DNA from: Candidatus Aenigmatarchaeota archaeon
GTDB lineage: Archaea; Aenigmatarchaeota; Aenigmatarchaeia; QMZP01; QMZT01
Reading direction: 5' to 3'
Assembly (NCBI GenBank): GCA_963726265.1
Contig: CAVSBQ010000002.1
Span: 224,001-288,000 of the forward strand
Length of the DNA stretch: 64,000 nucleotides
This document shows, piece by piece, positions 18,546 to 29,661 of the stretch. Every line of letters starts with the position of its first letter. Positions within the stretch are counted from its first letter, which is position 1. A program made the translations under genes and the position numbers. The notes under the pieces are model-generated. The model searched no databases. It saw only the letters and a program-made list of their open reading frames with translations, and had not been told where the DNA came from.

Positions 18546-19832
18546 TCACTCGTATCTCAGCGCGTCCACCGGCTTCAGCTTGGACGCCCTGTAGGCCGGT
18601 ATGAGGCCCGCCACCACGCCGATGCCGACGGCGATGCCTAATGTGAAGACCAGCAGCTGCGGAGTGACGACGTTTTCGACGCCCATCCCTCCCCCGCCGC
18701 CTCCCATCATGGGCAGAGCGACGAACAGCGACGCCACTGAGCCGATGACGAGGCCTATGACCCCGCCCACCAGGCCGACCAGCGCCGAGTTCATCATGAA
18801 TATCATCATTATGTCGCGGTTCTTCGCGCCAATCGCTTTCATGATGCCTATCTGCTTCGTCCTCTCGAGGACCGTGGTGAACATGGTATTCGCTATCCCT
18901 ACAGCCCCGACGAGCAGCGAGACCGCGGCTATCGCACCCAAAAACAGGGTCACGGATTCAAGAGTCGAGCTTATGGTCTCCTGCATCGCTAGCGACGACG
19001 TCACGCTGTAGTCCTTGGTCTTGTTGGTGACATGGCGAGAGAGCATGAGCCTGGCGTCGATGTCGGCCATCGTGTCTTCGACGAGGTTCTCGTCATCCAC
19101 CTTTACCATGATGGAGTCGAACTCGTATGGTCCCACGTCGTCCAGAACCGCCCTCGCGGCGTCGATGGGCATGATTATGCCGCTGTCGCTTCCGCCGCCC
19201 ATCATGCTGCCGCTTTCGTTCAGTATGCCGGCAATCTTGAAGCTTACTCCCTCGATGGTTATGACCCTGTTCACGGAAAGCGACTGCTTGAACGTCCTGG
19301 TGGCCAGCCTGCTTCCCACCAGAATCATGTTATAGTCGCCCGCGCCCAGAAAACGGCCTGAAGATAGTGTTGACGTGGTTATCTCGTTCCATGCCACGGG
19401 GTCGACGCCCGTGACCGAGACTGTCGTCGTCTCAGCCAGATAATAAACCTCTCCCCTACCGGAAACGGTGCCCGTGACTATGTCGACGTTGTCCACGGCC
19501 TTGAGCGCCTGGATGTCCTTGATGGTCAGGTTCTTCGCTTCGCTGTTCGAGCTTCCCGTGCTGCCTGTGGCGATAGCGACTGACGACCCGCCGTCCATGT
19601 CCCTTGACATGAATCCGCCCGTCGTTCTCGAAGCGCCGGGAGAGACTGTGATGATGTCCGCCCCGAGACCGCCGAGCCTGCTCTCGAGCGATATCTGCAT
19701 TCCTGCGCCAATCGACATTATCGCGACTACGGATGCGACGCCTATGACTATGCCTATGATAGTCAGCCAGCTTCTCACCTTGCTGTGGCGCAGTATGTTC
19801 AGGGCCAGCTTGAATGATTTTGAGGGTTTCAT
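18546..19832 (-). CDS. ABC transporter permease (MacB/FtsX family)
   Basis: RSWLTIIGIVIGVASVV; GIANTMFTTVLERTKQIGIMKAIGA; PAYRASKLKPVDALRYE. Confidence 0.95.
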   Translation of the reverse strand: MKPSKSFKLALNILRHSKVRSWLTIIGIVIGVASVVAIMSIGAGMQISLESRLGGLGADIITVSPGASRTTGGFMSRDMDGGSSVAIATGSTGSSNSEAKNLTIKDIQALKAVDNVDIVTGTVSGRGEVYYLAETTTVSVTGVDPVAWNEITTSTLSSGRFLGAGDYNMILVGSRLATRTFKQSLSVNRVITIEGVSFKIAGILNESGSMMGGGSDSGIIMPIDAARAVLDDVGPYEFDSIMVKVDDENLVEDTMADIDARLMLSRHVTNKTKDYSVTSSLAMQETISSTLESVTLFLGAIAAVSLLVGAVGIANTMFTTVLERTKQIGIMKAIGAKNRDIMMIFMMNSALVGLVGGVIGLVIGSVASLFVALPMMGGGGGGMGVENVVTPQLLVFTLGIAVGIGVVAGLIPAYRASKLKPVDALRYE

Positions 19833-19902
19833 GCTATCTTAATCTTCCTGCATTGAACCTTCCTTTTGCATTCTCCATTTCGCTTCTGTTTCGCTTTTTA
19901 CA

Positions 19903-21219
19903 CTAAACTTTCTTTTTGCCCGGCCTTCTGATACGGCTGCGCAGGTAATTCCTCTTCCAGTAGCAGACGACGCCCGCGATTGCTGCGACAACGATGATGT
20001 ATGGCAGGTAGCTCACGATCACATTGGACTGCTGCCTGCTCGAGTTGAAAGTCCCGTAGGCTGTCGCCGTCGAATCGGATGACCTGAACTGTATGGGCAC
20101 GCTTTTCTCGAGCGTGTGCCTCTTGCCGGTCGTGTCCGTGTAGTCAATCAGCACCTTGAGGTTGCTGTCCTGCGACGGTGCAGAGGCCTGGCTTTCAGCG
20201 GTCCTGTTCATCCTACCGAAAGCGACTGCCGAGCTTATCTGGAAGGAAACGATGGTGTAATCGCCCTTATCCAGGTTGCCTATTATCGAGGACGCGCTTC
20301 CCGTGACCGAGTAGCTCTGCTGGGTAGGTATCCTGACCGTGACCGACATAGCGGGGTTGTTGCCCGTGTTGGCGACGGACAGCGAAGTCGTGCCTGACGA
20401 GCTCTCGGAGAACGTCACGTCGAAGTCGGTTTCGCCTCCGATGAAAATCCCCGTCTTCATGGTCAGCTCCTCGGACACGCCCTGGTCGTTCTCATACGTC
20501 AGCGTCAGGTCCAGCCTGTAAAGGCCTGGATCGGCATTGACGTCCGCGACGACCGTGTAGTCCAGGTCTGCCGATTTGCCGACGTCTATATACTTGACGT
20601 ATTTGGTGTTGTCGGAATAGACCGGCAGGATGTAGCCGTTCTCCTCGTTCCACGAAAAGACGAGATTCTGCAGCGGCGAAGAGCCGGCGTTGGTTATCGT
20701 GAACTTGAGGGCGGTCTCCTCACCCGGGGTGAGCAGCGACTTGTCAAGGTATATGGTCTGCGCGTTTTCCGACCCGGTCACCTCGATGTCGAATTCCTTT
20801 ATGATGGAAACGTCCGAGCCCTCCTCGCTGAGTTTCAGGTTTATCTCGTTCGTCCCCTTGATGGCGTCCTTGTCCACCCTGACCTTGAATTTGACCGGGA
20901 CTGCATCGGCGCCAGTCTGGTAAGCCCTCAGGGCGCTGACGCTTTTGACGTATTCTTCACCGGGGATTTCCACGAACGGATACTGCGGCTGAAGTTCAAG
21001 CTGAAGATTGTTGGTCGCCTGGCCTCCGGTGTTTTCTATCACAAAGCGCAGCTCGACCATTTCACCGGCCCTTGCCGGATCCGGGGTCTGGCTCACCAGA
21101 GACACGTTCAAATTAGCCGAACTCGGGCTGGTAACGGCCGCTTCGGCCGCGCCTCCCAGCGCTATGATTAAAATTCCTGCCAAAAGACAAAACATCAACG
21201 TTTTAGTCTTCATACTCAA
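19903..21219 (-). CDS. COG1361 S-layer-domain protein
   Basis: Signal peptide, QTPDPARAGE, Ig-like repeats and C-terminal TM; typical partner of archaeal MacB operons. Confidence 0.85.
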   Translation of the reverse strand: MSMKTKTLMFCLLAGILIIALGGAAEAAVTSPSSANLNVSLVSQTPDPARAGEMVELRFVIENTGGQATNNLQLELQPQYPFVEIPGEEYVKSVSALRAYQTGADAVPVKFKVRVDKDAIKGTNEINLKLSEEGSDVSIIKEFDIEVTGSENAQTIYLDKSLLTPGEETALKFTITNAGSSPLQNLVFSWNEENGYILPVYSDNTKYVKYIDVGKSADLDYTVVADVNADPGLYRLDLTLTYENDQGVSEELTMKTGIFIGGETDFDVTFSESSSGTTSLSVANTGNNPAMSVTVRIPTQQSYSVTGSASSIIGNLDKGDYTIVSFQISSAVAFGRMNRTAESQASAPSQDSNLKVLIDYTDTTGKRHTLEKSVPIQFRSSDSTATAYGTFNSSRQQSNVIVSYLPYIIVVAAIAGVVCYWKRNYLRSRIRRPGKKKV

Positions 21220-21249
21220 ACACCTCCTGAACTATTCCTGAAATCATAT

Positions 21250-21949
<700 letters not shown>

Positions 21950-21957
<8 letters not shown>

Positions 21958-22402
21958 CCACCATCCACTCCGTGAAAGAATGCATGATTATTTTTCCCGT
22001 ATCGATATTGACCAGATAAAAGTGGGTTTTAGTTTCCGACTGCAGGGATACGTGAAGCGTGTTGCCATCGCTTATCTCCTGGTTGAAGCCCGTGGTCTCC
22101 GGGCCCTCCATCCTGATGAACATCGGGGGCATCCTGTCGAGCTTTCTTATCATAGAGGATACCGTGACCTCATAGTTGCTTATGTCGTCTCCGCTTTTCG
22201 CCAGCTCCTGAGCCACGACATTCCTCGCCGAATCCATCTGCTCCTGCGTCGGGGCGCTGGGAAGAGGTCCGGAATTGTATATTCTAAATAGCCCGCCGGC
22301 CAGCGCCATGCCGAAAAGCACTATAAACACGACCGCGATAATTTTCCACACGTTCATTTCATTCTTTTTTTCCTTGCCTTTGGTTTTAACTTTCCTGTTC
22401 AT
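21950..22402 (-). CDS. Hypothetical membrane-anchored protein (PepSY-like C-terminus possible)
   Basis: N-terminal TM; YLVNIDTGKII; overlaps the ATPase start. Confidence 0.6.
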
Positions 22403-22477
22403 AACTTCACCGCCTCCCGCGCAGTTTAATCAGCATTGAATGAATAGTCTATGGCTGAAACCATTTATCTAGGTTTG

Positions 22478-22493
22478 CTGAAACTGGTTTCAG
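22478..22493. promoter_or_regulatory. Palindromic operator between the divergent ABC operon and regulator
   Basis: CTGAAAC-TG-GTTTCAG with additional TGAAAC half-sites at about 22456 and 22499. Confidence 0.55.
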
Positions 22494-22558
22494 TTAAGTG
22501 AAACCACAGGCCGGAAACAGGAAAAATCTTTATAAGACATCCGGAGCAAAAATACAGC

Positions 22559-23044
22559 ATGAATCGGTTCAAGGTTATCCTTTCGATTGTCATACTCGCG
22601 GTCTCGATAATGCTCCTGTTCAGCAAACTCTTTTCGTCACAGCCGATCACCATAATCCTTGAGACCGGGCAGGAAGTGACCACGCTGGCCTCAGACTACT
22701 TCTCGCTGGCCGATGCCATGCTCCTTATCGTAAGCTCGTTCCTTATAGGCTCGGTTACCATTTACCTGTTTTACAACTCCGACACCAAGGAAGTGATAAA
22801 GTCCTTCCGGAAGGAGAACGGCATCAAGGAGAAATACGGGATGGTCATCCCGCTGCTGAGGTCGGATGAAAGAAGGGTTTTCCAGGAGCTCGTGGATGCG
22901 AAGGGTGAGATGCTCCAGAATGCGCTGGTGCTGAAATCGGGCATGTCGAAGGTCAAGATGACCAGGGTACTGTCCAGCCTCGAACGCAAGGGCCTGATTT
23001 TAAAGGAAAGGCACGGCCTGACGAACAAAATAAAGCTGAAATAA
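22559..23044 (+). CDS. Membrane-associated winged-HTH regulator (COG2512-like)
   Basis: Two TMs plus DERRV...GEMLQNALV..SGMSKVKMTRVLSSLERKGLI.KER.G.TN. Confidence 0.85.
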   Translation: MNRFKVILSIVILAVSIMLLFSKLFSSQPITIILETGQEVTTLASDYFSLADAMLLIVSSFLIGSVTIYLFYNSDTKEVIKSFRKENGIKEKYGMVIPLLRSDERRVFQELVDAKGEMLQNALVLKSGMSKVKMTRVLSSLERKGLILKERHGLTNKIKLK

Positions 23045-23131
23045 TTAAGGCAGGTATGGCCTGCCGGAACACGACCAAAATGAATTTATAAGTTGGCGTC
23101 AATTTATTTTCTTGACGATATTCAGGAGATG

Positions 23132-23920
23132 TTTATGAGCGAATACGGACATGATGCGCATTTAGTCCTGAGCTATTTCAAAAGCCAGGAAATTATTTTC
23201 AACGATTTTTACAGGATGCATGAAAGGGACACTCTCGGGATGTATTTGGAAAGCCTTGAAAACATGAGGGATGTTTTCCTGCTGGAAGACAGATGCTTCC
23301 GCTGCATCGACGAGCGCACGCCTGGAGGGCTTCACGCCGCCGGGCCTGTTATTCTTTTTGACCAGGCGAAGGGCATCGAGATGCTTAAAAAAGCGAGAGC
23401 CGAAGGCATCTACAGCCACGCCGGCTGCGGAGCCGCGGGCATAAAATTCGAAACGCTGGACGAAAAGATGAAAAGGTTTTACGTCAATTCCGACAATTAC
23501 GGCATGTTCTACGCGAAAAATATAGCCAAGGCAGCGGGAATCCCTTACAAAGGACATCTGGACGTTGAGACGCCTTTCCACGTGGCAAGGATGGCCGTGT
23601 ATGATGGCTCCGGAAGCTTCGACAACTCCGCTGATAAACTGAATAAAGCTGGATTGCCGCCCACGTTCGTGATAAGCAGGAGATACCACTCCGAACCGGA
23701 GAGCGCGATGAGAGAAGCTTCGATAGCGGCGACCATAGCGACCGGCGACCACGGCTTCGGAGGCCTGATAAAGGCGGACAAGACGCCGTTCCTGCTGCTT
23801 GTTATCGGAGGCAGGTACAGCAAGGAATTTTCCCAGAGCAGACTGACGGAAGAAGCGGAGGAAGTCGCAAAGGGATTCGGAGGCAAGGTCATCGTCGACG
23901 GCTTCGTGGCGCCGATTTAA
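23132..23920 (+). CDS. Carbonic-anhydrase-like (beta/zeta-type Cys-His-Cys) protein, paralog 1
   Basis: CIDER...AG...SHAGCGAA; start codon uncertain. Confidence 0.55.
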   Translation, partial: FMSEYGHDAHLVLSYFKSQEIIFNDFYRMHERDTLGMYLESLENMRDVFLLEDRCFRCIDERTPGGLHAAGPVILFDQAKGIEMLKKARAEGIYSHAGCGAAGIKFETLDEKMKRFYVNSDNYGMFYAKNIAKAAGIPYKGHLDVETPFHVARMAVYDGSGSFDNSADKLNKAGLPPTFVISRRYHSEPESAMREASIAATIATGDHGFGGLIKADKTPFLLLVIGGRYSKEFSQSRLTEEAEEVAKGFGGKVIVDGFVAPI

Positions 23921-24014
23921 GCCGCCTTTAGCCTAATCTGTCTAGGTTCAATCAAGATTTATAAAATTTACGAATAATTAAAGGATAATCTAAAACGAAT
24001 TATGGAGGATTGTT

Positions 24015-24782
24015 ATGAGCAGTCATTATGCAACGAACAAATTGGGAGAATTCATACCCAAAAGAAAGCATTTCGACCTTCTCAAAATGATTGGCGCGGA
24101 GTGCTTCTACGGCGCGAAACCAGACATATATTTGTCGTTCCCAGAAAACAACGGAGTGGTGAGCTGCATCGACGAAGGCACACCCCATGGTCATATCCGC
24201 TTCGCGGGTTCGGGCATACTCAATGATGATATCCTCGTGCTCATGGAGAACCTGCTCAGGGATGGCAAGCTCTGGTGCATAACAAGCCACGATGAGTGCA
24301 GCGCTGCGAAGCTTTTCGCGCAAATACATGATCTCAAGCTTTCAGAAGCCGATGCATACGCCGGGGAATTATTGGAAAATGTGGCAAGGCAACTGAAAGT
24401 GGGATATAAACACATACCTATTGGCGAAATGAAAAGGCCACCGGACCTGCACACCGCAAGAATAATTTATTATGCAGGAACGGATGCGTTCGATCCGACA
24501 AAAGCAATCGATATGCCGAACGGCTTCGTCATAAGCCGCGCACACATGGATGCAGAAAATGCGCAGAAAGAGGCTGGTATTGCGGCGGACATAGCTTTCG
24601 GCGACCACGGCTTCGGAGACCTTTTCACCGGCGATACCCCTCTGCACATAGTAGCAATAGGAAAGCCGAATAGCCAGGAATTTTCGGCCAAGAATCTTAC
24701 CGGAGAACTGAAACCCATAAAGTCGAAATACGGCGACAGGGTAATAATCGACGGCTTCACTGCGCCATTAGCGCCGCTTTGA
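24015..24782 (+). CDS. Carbonic-anhydrase-like protein, paralog 2
   Basis: CIDEG...AG...SHDECSAA; shares H.AR..Y, FVISR, IA.GDHGFG and IDGF.AP with paralog 1. Confidence 0.55.
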   Translation: MSSHYATNKLGEFIPKRKHFDLLKMIGAECFYGAKPDIYLSFPENNGVVSCIDEGTPHGHIRFAGSGILNDDILVLMENLLRDGKLWCITSHDECSAAKLFAQIHDLKLSEADAYAGELLENVARQLKVGYKHIPIGEMKRPPDLHTARIIYYAGTDAFDPTKAIDMPNGFVISRAHMDAENAQKEAGIAADIAFGDHGFGDLFTGDTPLHIVAIGKPNSQEFSAKNLTGELKPIKSKYGDRVIIDGFTAPLAPL

Positions 24783-24831
24783 TTTTTACGGCAGCATTAT
24801 CTTTTTTTAAGCTTCCCTTCATTTTGTATTC

Positions 24832-25868
24832 ATGGTCCCCGAAAACGAGAGGAAGGAAGCCTTGTTCTACAAAAAACTTGCGGGGAAAGGCAAGCTTGTG
24901 AAGTGCGAGCTGTGCCCGCGCTTTTGTGTGATTGCGGACGGAGCGAAAGGCTTCTGCCGGGTGAGGATGAACGACGACGGCGTGCTCCGCTCGCTGGTTT
25001 ATGGCCTGCCGGTTTCTGTTGCAGTGGATCCCATAGAAAAGAAGCCGCTGTTCCATTTCGCGCCCGGCTCGCGTTGTTTGTCGCTCGCGACGGTCGGCTG
25101 TAACCTGCGATGCGCATTCTGCCAGAACGCCAGCATATCCCAGGAATACGACGCGATAAACGGCGAGCCGATGGAAGCGAAGGAAGTCGTGACGCTCGCG
25201 AAACGCGAGGGTGCGGATGGCATCGCGTACACTTATACCGAGCCGACCGTGTTCTACGAATACGCGCTAGACATCATGAAGCTCGCGAAGAAGGCCGGCT
25301 TGTATAATGTCTGGGTCTCGAACGGGTATACGAATCCGCGCCGATAAAGAAGATGGCGCCATACCTGGACGCCGTCAACGTCGATCTGAAAGGGAATGAC
25401 GAGTTTTACAGAAAGGTCTGCGGCGGCATCGGGATAAAGCCCGTTTTCGACGCGCTGAAGGCGTACGTGAAAAACGGCGTCTGGGTGGAGGTTACCAATC
25501 TGATAATTCCCGGTTATAACGATTCAACGAAAGCGATAACAAATCTTGCTGAGTGGGTGGGGAAGAATTTGGGGAAGGCAACGCCGCTTCACTTCTCGGC
25601 CTTCCATCCCCAGTATAAGCTTACGAATGCGAAGCCCACGCCCGCGGCGACGCTCGAGAAGGCGGTGGCGATCGCGAAAGCCAAGGGGCTTAAATGGGTC
25701 TACGCCGGCAACGTCTGGGGCAGCAAATACGAATCGACGTGGTGTTGGAAATGCGGCTCGCTGGTCATAAGGAGGGCGGGCTTCGACCTGCTTTCTTTCG
25801 TGGCGAAATGCGGCAAGTGCGGGGAACGCGTGGACCTGAAGGGCATGGGATGGGCCAGAAAGGTTTAA
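24832..25868 (+). CDS. amrS: AmmeMemoRadiSam-type (PflA-like) radical SAM enzyme (frameshift near 25340)
   Basis: CELCP.FC, VDPIEKKPLFHF, CNLRCAFCQN, YTYTEP, VSNGY, EVTNLIIPG, HFSAFHP. Confidence 0.9.
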
Positions 25869-25892
25869 ATTGAACAAGCGAGATGAATTAAT

Positions 25893-26340
25893 ATGGACAA
25901 GATGGCTGACAGCAAAAAAGAGGAAGACGCGAAAAGGCGCGTGAAGAGCGGCTGGATACGCGTGGGCATGATGATAGAGGCGCTGGCCATATCCGAGGAC
26001 GCGGCGCAGTCCGGCCCTGAAGAAGCACATAGAAAAGATGAAGAATGAGAAGGACATCATAATCTGCAAGCATAACTTCAGGGGGGTAAAGGAAGTCGCA
26101 ACGCCGCTGCCGCACATAGAGAAGGGTTATTCGGAAGTCCTGGACGTCGAGCTGGTGGCGGAGAACTTCGACAAGCTCGTCTACCTTGTAATGAACTACG
26201 GGCCGTCAGCGATAGAGATACTCGAGCCCAAGAACATAACCATGGACATGGGCGAGGCGCAGGGCGTCCTGAACTCGCTCGCCTCGATGATACACACCTT
26301 CGCCGCGATGGGCGCGGGCGGCATGCTGGTTTCTACCTGA
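25893..26340 (+). CDS. Conserved archaeal hypothetical protein (frameshift near 26010)
   Basis: MMIEALA...LKKHIEKM...YSEVLDVEL...LVMNYGPSAIEILEP. Confidence 0.7.
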
Positions 26341-26391
26341 GCGCCATGGCAACTTCTGATTGTGTCAATAAAATAAAAGCTGGAAGACGCC

Positions 26392-26876
26392 TTACTTCTT
26401 CTCTTTCTTGGCGCGCGCTTTCTTGGGCTTGGCCTCTTTGTGTTCCTTGTGTTCTCGTGCTCCTTCGCCTCTTTGTGTTCTTTCGCTTCCTTGTGTTCGT
26501 GCTTCTCTTCGCGCCTTTCCTCTTTGCTTTCCTCGTGTTTCGCTTCTTTCCTGTGCTCTTCCTTTTTCTCAGCCTCTTCGGCGAGCTTCGGCTTTGCCTC
26601 GCTTATCGTTATCGTCTTCACGTTCAGCTTGGCGAGAACGCCGTCTCTCTCGTAAGCGGCAGCGACTTCCTCGTCGGTCGCGTTCTCCTTTATCTCTATC
26701 TTTACCGGAGTGGGCTCGAGATGACGGAAGTTGCACTTCCTTCTCTTGACTTTAGTGACCGATTTCGGACCAGTGATCAGGACAAAATCCTTTTCCTTAT
26801 CCTTCGCTATCACTACACAGATTCTCCCGGCTTCGCGGCCGGCCGTCTTCATGCATATCCTTCCGATTTCGAACAT
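26392..26876 (-). CDS. rpl14e: 50S ribosomal protein L14e with charged C-terminal extension
   Basis: EIGRICMKTAGREAG..CVV...FVLITGPK..T.VKRRKCN.RHLEPT; a frameshift in the repetitive tail gives a stop at 26392. Confidence 0.93.
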
Positions 26877-26899
26877 ATTTCCAACCTCCTAATAGTTGC

Positions 26900-27175
26900 C
26901 TATTGGACAGACTCTATGAGTCTTCTTTTGATTTCCCTGCGCGAGCAGGCTGAGCATAAGTTGCCGCCGAAAGGCCTATCCGGTCGCTTTTCGCTCTTCG
27001 AAAGCTTGGCTATGCCCGAGTCCCTCGCAATCGGAACCCCATGCAGCAGCTTCTTGCACACTGCGCATTTCGCGAAGGCGTTCTTCCTCTCGCCTAAATG
27101 GAGCACCGTTCTTCCGCCCGGAGTCTTGACCTTGAGCTTCCTGTACGATGTTGACCTTTGGCTTCTTTTGACCAT
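26900..27175 (-). CDS. rpl34e: 50S ribosomal protein L34e
   Basis: KTPGGRTV.H...CAVC..LLHGV...KRPDRPFGGNLCSAC. Confidence 0.96.
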   Translation of the reverse strand: MVKRSQRSTSYRKLKVKTPGGRTVLHLGERKNAFAKCAVCKKLLHGVPIARDSGIAKLSKSEKRPDRPFGGNLCSACSRREIKRRLIESVQ

Positions 27176-27309
27176 TCAAACCATCCCTGCCGTGAATATC
27201 CTGAACTTGGATAACACTGAGGATAACTAATAATTATCTTATATATATATTTAAAACTTTCAGGACCTCGGAACTTCTGGTTTCTGGTTTTGTATGTATC
27301 AGAAAACAG

Positions 27310-29613
27310 CTATGCCCTGTATTCCTTCTCGTTGTGCTTGACGGAGAAGCCCTTGTGGGTGGAGCGCGCATCGTATTCGATGTCCACCTCTTCGTTCGGC
27401 GCTAACCTGAGTATTTCCCACGTGAGGACATCGGACCCTGAAGTCCACTGCTCCACCTTCGGCATTATCCTCGAGCGGATGAATGCCCCGCGCGGGACAG
27501 AATCGCGCACGGTTACGTCCTGTAGCGTCTTTTTCGTTTTGTTCCTTATCTTCAGCATGACGTGCGGGATGCTTACGGTCTTCTCCAGCTTAAGCGAGCC
27601 ACCTCCGAAGGAAAGCGAAAAGCCGCCTCTCACCGCCTTGCCTATGGCTCAGAAGCCTGAACGCGGTGAAGGCGATGCCGCCGGCCGCTGCTATCAGGAC
27701 TATGACCTCTATGAGGAAAATGAAATTGAAAGGCTCCGGCACCTCGCCCGACGAATGGCCCAGGAAATAGCCGGTCTTCCTCGCGACGAACTCGACCCTG
27801 CCCGCATGGGTTATCTGGATCGTCGCCAGGCCCGAGCTGTCCGTGTAATAGGTCTCGATTGCGGGCGGGTCGGCCGCGGGGTATTTGACGTCTATCCTGA
27901 CCACGGGAACCGGGTCGCCGTCCTGGTCGACGACCTTGACCGTCATGTTGCTGCCGAAGGCCAGCTCGTCCTGGATTAACAAAGACAAGCGCCTCTCAAT
28001 GCATGCGTGGGTGGTCAGGTCGCACGTCTCGTTCTCCGCGCACAGCATGTCCTTGCAGCAGTAGCCGGGCTGCATGCTGCACTTGTGGTTCGCTATCTTC
28101 TCCGGACAGTCGCACAGGACGCGCTCGCATTCGTTCGTGTCGAGGTTGCAGCTCTGGTTGCCCGCGCAGTCGCCGTCGCCACAGCAGTCGTAGGCGACGC
28201 ATGCGTGATTCGCCGCGTAGCCGCAATCGCATTCCAGGCCGATGCATTTGTGCGAGGAGCATTCCTCGTCGCCCGCGCACTGCGCGTCGTCCTGACATTC
28301 GTAGGACGGGTGGATGGTGAAGAAAACGCCGGACGTGTTGGTCTCGTTATCTTCGGACCTGCAGGTGAACAGCGCATCGTATGGGCCATCCATGGCGCTC
28401 ACATTGGCGTATGCCTGGAACGTGTTGGAGTTTATCTCGTCGAGCGGCAGGAACCCGCCTCCGAAGGAATAGTTGCAGGACGTCATGTTATACGGGCTCG
28501 TGACGGTCATGTCAAGCTTTCCGTCACTCAGATTGAGCTGCATGTAGGTCCCGTTTTCCGGAGACTCGATGTTGAAATAGAACGCCTCCCAGCCAAGGAC
28601 CGGGTTTATGAACAAGCGCAGGTAAAGGTCTGCCGTGAGGCTGAAGGCGGTGGAGTTGCCGTAATAGCCGGTCTTGCTCGCGTTGATGGAATACGGACTG
28701 AAAACGAAGACGCCTGACGCGTTTTCGATGCGTTCATCTAACGTCTGCTGGGCGATGCTGCCGCTCGAGTTGGTGCTGCCCGAGAAGGCGGTTGCGGTGA
28801 AATTGTTTATTATCGCTACGCTCGCGCCTGAAACCGGCTCGTCTGCATCGTCAGAATCCTGGCATTCAGGCGCCATCTCCTTATCAGCGAAGTGTAATTG
28901 TTGCCGCTGAGCGTGACGGCCGAGGAAGACATGTATATGTCGTATTGGCCGCTCATGTTGATGAGGTTCCCGTCGAGTAGCACGTTAGCCGCGCCGTTGA
29001 GATAGATGCCGTAGTAGCCGCTCCCCGTTATCTTGTTACCGGTTATTTTCGTGTCCCGGCAATTCAAGGCATAAAGGCCGGTGTAGCTGTTGTTCGCTAT
29101 GGTGTTGTTCGTTATCGTGCAGCCATCCGAGCGCACGAGCAAAGCCATATAGCTTGTCCGAAAACGTAGTGTTGGTGACGTTCGCCCCGGCCGACTTGAT
29201 GTAAAGGCCCGTCTTAGCGGCGTCGGAAGAAGCGAAGCCGCAGTCATGGACGAAGGAATCGCGCAGCTCGAGTTGCGCGCCGGCGTTCGAGACGAAGGTG
29301 AATGCGCCAGTGGCGTCCGGGCCGTTACCGAGCGTCGAGCGGATGACCCGGAACGAGCCGTTGGACTCGATGCCGAATTCCCCGTCGAAGCTGGAATTGA
29401 AGCTGGAGTGATGGAGTCCTCGAGCGTGAGGTTGCCCGAGCCGTTGAGAGCAGGTCGCCATTGAGTATTATAGTCCTGGGACGAGCAAATGACGGTCTCG
29501 TTGACAAGCCAGTCGCCGTTCGAAGGCGGCTCGCAGCTCTGAGCGGCCGCGTGGCCCGAAAGCAAAGCCAAAAACACTATCGCCAGCGCTAAAGAGAAAA
29601 CCAGTCCCCTCAT
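27310..29613 (-). CDS. Large cell-surface protein: signal peptide, NosD/CASH beta-helix, Ig-like and Cys-rich repeats, TM, cytoplasmic Ig-like domain (multiple frameshifts)
   Basis: Consecutive same-strand fragments 28816-29613, 29036-29461, 27590-28876 and 27310-27633; ITNNTI/ITGNKI beta-helix repeats; CxxDxxCxxxExC repeats. Confidence 0.65.
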
Positions 29614-29661
29614 AACTAAATGTTAAGCGAGCGCTCTTATATTGGTTTAATGCCGCCCGGA

